Of a DNA stretch of 64,000 bases, positions 62,108 to 64,000 are shown piece after piece. Positions within the stretch are counted from its first letter, which is position 1. Every line of letters begins with the position of its first letter. The DNA is from Candidatus Hydrogenedentota bacterium (GTDB lineage: Bacteria; Hydrogenedentota; Hydrogenedentia; Hydrogenedentales; SLHB01): NCBI GenBank assembly GCA_045863335.1, contig BTVY01000043.1, forward strand, positions 1 through 64,000. Reading direction: 5' to 3'. The position numbers and the translations under genes are program-made. The notes beneath the pieces are model-generated. The model did not search any database. It was not told the origin of the DNA and worked only from the letters and a program-made list of their open reading frames with translations.

Positions 62108-64000
62108 TTGGCGAGGAGTAGTCTGTCTTTCACGCGCACGATCGCGGCGTTCGCGATCCTGCTTGCCATTCCCGTCGCGCAGGCGCAAGATGCGCCGCAA
62201 CTTCCCGCGCCCGCGAAACATACGGTGGATTTCGACACGGAGATTCATCCTCTTCTCGCGGAGCGGTGTTTTCAATGCCACGGCGGCGACATGAGCCGCG
62301 GCGGCCTGCAGATGAACTCCCGCGAGCAGTTGCTGACCGGCGGCGACTCGGGTCCGGCGGTGGTTGAAGGCAACAGCGCGGAGAGCTACCTCATTCATCT
62401 CGTGTCCGGACTGGACCCTGATCTGGTGATGCCGCCGAAGGGTCCCCAGTTGACGCAGGAAGAAGTCGGCGTACTGCGCGCATGGATCGACCAAGGGATG
62501 ACCTGGCACGACGTAGAAGGCGCGACGCCAACGTATGTCGCGCCTGTCGCGTTGAGTCATCCGGAAGTGCCGCCCGTGCAGGAAGGCGCGCCGGACCATC
62601 CCATCGACCGGTTTCTTGCGCCGTATTTCGCCGCGCACAGTGTCACGCCGGCGGAGCCGGTGTCCGATGCGCAGTTCATGCGCCGCGCGTACCTGGACGT
62701 GACGGGACTCGTGCCTGAACCCGCCGCGTTGGACGCGTTCGTGGCCAACACGGACCCCAACAAGTACGCGGCGCTGGTGGATCAGTTGTTGAACGATCGG
62801 CTGGCCTACGCCGAAAACTGGATGACCTTCTGGAACGACGCACTTCGCAACGATTTTCAAGGCACCGGGTACATCGATGGCGGCCGCAAGCAGATCACGC
62901 CATGGCTGTTCGACGCGCTGTACAACAACATGCCGTATGACCAGTTTGTTACGCAACTTGTGAACCCTTCGGAGGAGAGCCAGGGATTCGTGAAGGGGAT
63001 CATCTGGCGCGGCGTGACGGCGGCCGTGATGGTGCCGCCCATGCAGGCGGCGCAGAGCGTTTCGCAGGTGTTCCTCGGCGTGAACCTCAAGTGCGCGTCG
63101 TGTCACGACAGCTTCGTGGACCGCTGGAAACTGACGGATGCCTATGGCATGGCGAGTGTGTTTTCCGACGGCGCACTCGAATTGGTGCGGTGCGACGTGC
63201 CACAGGGTGAAACCGCGAAGGTGCAGTTTCTCTGGCCGGAGGTGGGGGAGATCGACGCGGATCGATCCGTGGAAGGCAGGCGCGCGCAACTCGCGAAGAT
63301 CATTACGAGTGAAGACAACGGATTCTTTTCGCGGACCATCGTGAATCGTCTTTGGGCGAGGTTCATGGGGCGTGGTCTGGTCGAGCCTGTTGATGTGATC
63401 GAAAACGAGCCGTGGAACGCGGACCTGCTCGATTGGTTGTCCAACGACTTCATCGATCACGGCTACGACTTGAAGCACACGATGAAGGTGATCCTGACGT
63501 CACAGGCCTATCGTCTGCCCGCGCAGGATACGCCGCCGGACTCGCCGGACCCGTATGTCTTCCGAGGTCCGGAAGTGAAGCGGATGACGGCGGAGATGTT
63601 TCTGGATACGTTGGCGTCTGTTACGGGCGCGTGGCAGGAGAATCCCCAGTTTCAGACCCCGCCGCCTCCTGTGAAGAAGGACGGGGAACCGCCGCCGCCG
63701 CAGATCCGCGCCTGGCGTGTGAATTCGGATCCGCTTACCCGCGCCATGGGACGTCCGAACCGCGAGCAAGTGGTGACGCGCCGTCAGTCTATCGCCACGG
63801 CGTTGGAGGCGGTCGAACTGACGAATGGGCAGACCCTGACGACCCAGCTCGAACGGGGCGCGGCGAAGCTGCTGGAAGGCGAAGCGCCGCCGGCACCGGA
63901 GTTGGTGAACCGGGTGTACAAGCATGCGCTGCAACGAGATGCGTCGGAGGCGGAAGTCACCGCGGCGGCGGAGGTGATTGGTTCGCCCGCGACTCCAGAG
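62108..64000 (+). CDS. Planctomycete cytochrome c + DUF1549 + DUF1553 protein, partial (runs off window)
   Basis: Translated by hand from TTG 62108: signal peptide, ERCFQCHG, RRAYLD, KCASCHD, VNRLW; absent from the ORF track because no stop lies in the window. Confidence 0.88.
   Translation, partial: MARSSLSFTRTIAAFAILLAIPVAQAQDAPQLPAPAKHTVDFDTEIHPLLAERCFQCHGGDMSRGGLQMNSREQLLTGGDSGPAVVEGNSAESYLIHLVSGLDPDLVMPPKGPQLTQEEVGVLRAWIDQGMTWHDVEGATPTYVAPVALSHPEVPPVQEGAPDHPIDRFLAPYFAAHSVTPAEPVSDAQFMRRAYLDVTGLVPEPAALDAFVANTDPNKYAALVDQLLNDRLAYAENWMTFWNDALRNDFQGTGYIDGGRKQITPWLFDALYNNMPYDQFVTQLVNPSEESQGFVKGIIWRGVTAAVMVPPMQAAQSVSQVFLGVNLKCASCHDSFVDRWKLTDAYGMASVFSDGALELVRCDVPQGETAKVQFLWPEVGEIDADRSVEGRRAQLAKIITSEDNGFFSRTIVNRLWARFMGRGLVEPVDVIENEPWNADLLDWLSNDFIDHGYDLKHTMKVILTSQAYRLPAQDTPPDSPDPYVFRGPEVKRMTAEMFLDTLASVTGAWQENPQFQTPPPPVKKDGEPPPPQIRAWRVNSDPLTRAMGRPNREQVVTRRQSIATALEAVELTNGQTLTTQLERGAAKLLEGEAPPAPELVNRVYKHALQRDASEAEVTAAAEVIGSPATPE

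Noticed and set aside
61826-63478. 550-aa minus-strand ORF (and similar long antisense ORFs at 21436, 32612, 6933, 13454)
   Set aside because: Shadow frames of GC-rich genes; the opposite strand carries the recognisable motifs

Overview
GC-rich bacterial chromosomal window with about 50 CDSs and no rRNA, tRNA, CRISPR array, intact transposase or phage genes that I can recognise. Gene content (DUF1559/H-X9-DG prepilin-like protein, two planctomycete-cytochrome-c/PSD1 proteins, DUF1501, PEP-CTERM protein, several Tat-exported Gfo/Idh/MocA oxidoreductases, WD40 Ser/Thr kinase) suggests a PVC-like organism, possibly Ca. Hydrogenedentota (inference). Recognisable modules: MBOAT + SGNH-like O-acylation pair behind a large beta-helix surface protein; carbohydrate oxidoreductase/hydrolase genes; thpR-yggT-pcm-ABC ATPase; moaA-moaC-mobA-moaD; rsgA; hicBA. 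Best candidate for an under-described system is a two-gene operon pairing a PspA/IM30 (ESCRT-III-like) protein with a tandem AAA+ ATPase (54243-56912). It is followed by a tract of toxin-antitoxin relics in which antitoxin-like genes look intact while toxins are missing or truncated. Intergenic DNA is a mosaic of palindromic and short tandem repeat families, including a three-hairpin element with compensatory changes and two G-quadruplex-prone arrays. All family assignments are from motif recognition by eye; no database search was run.
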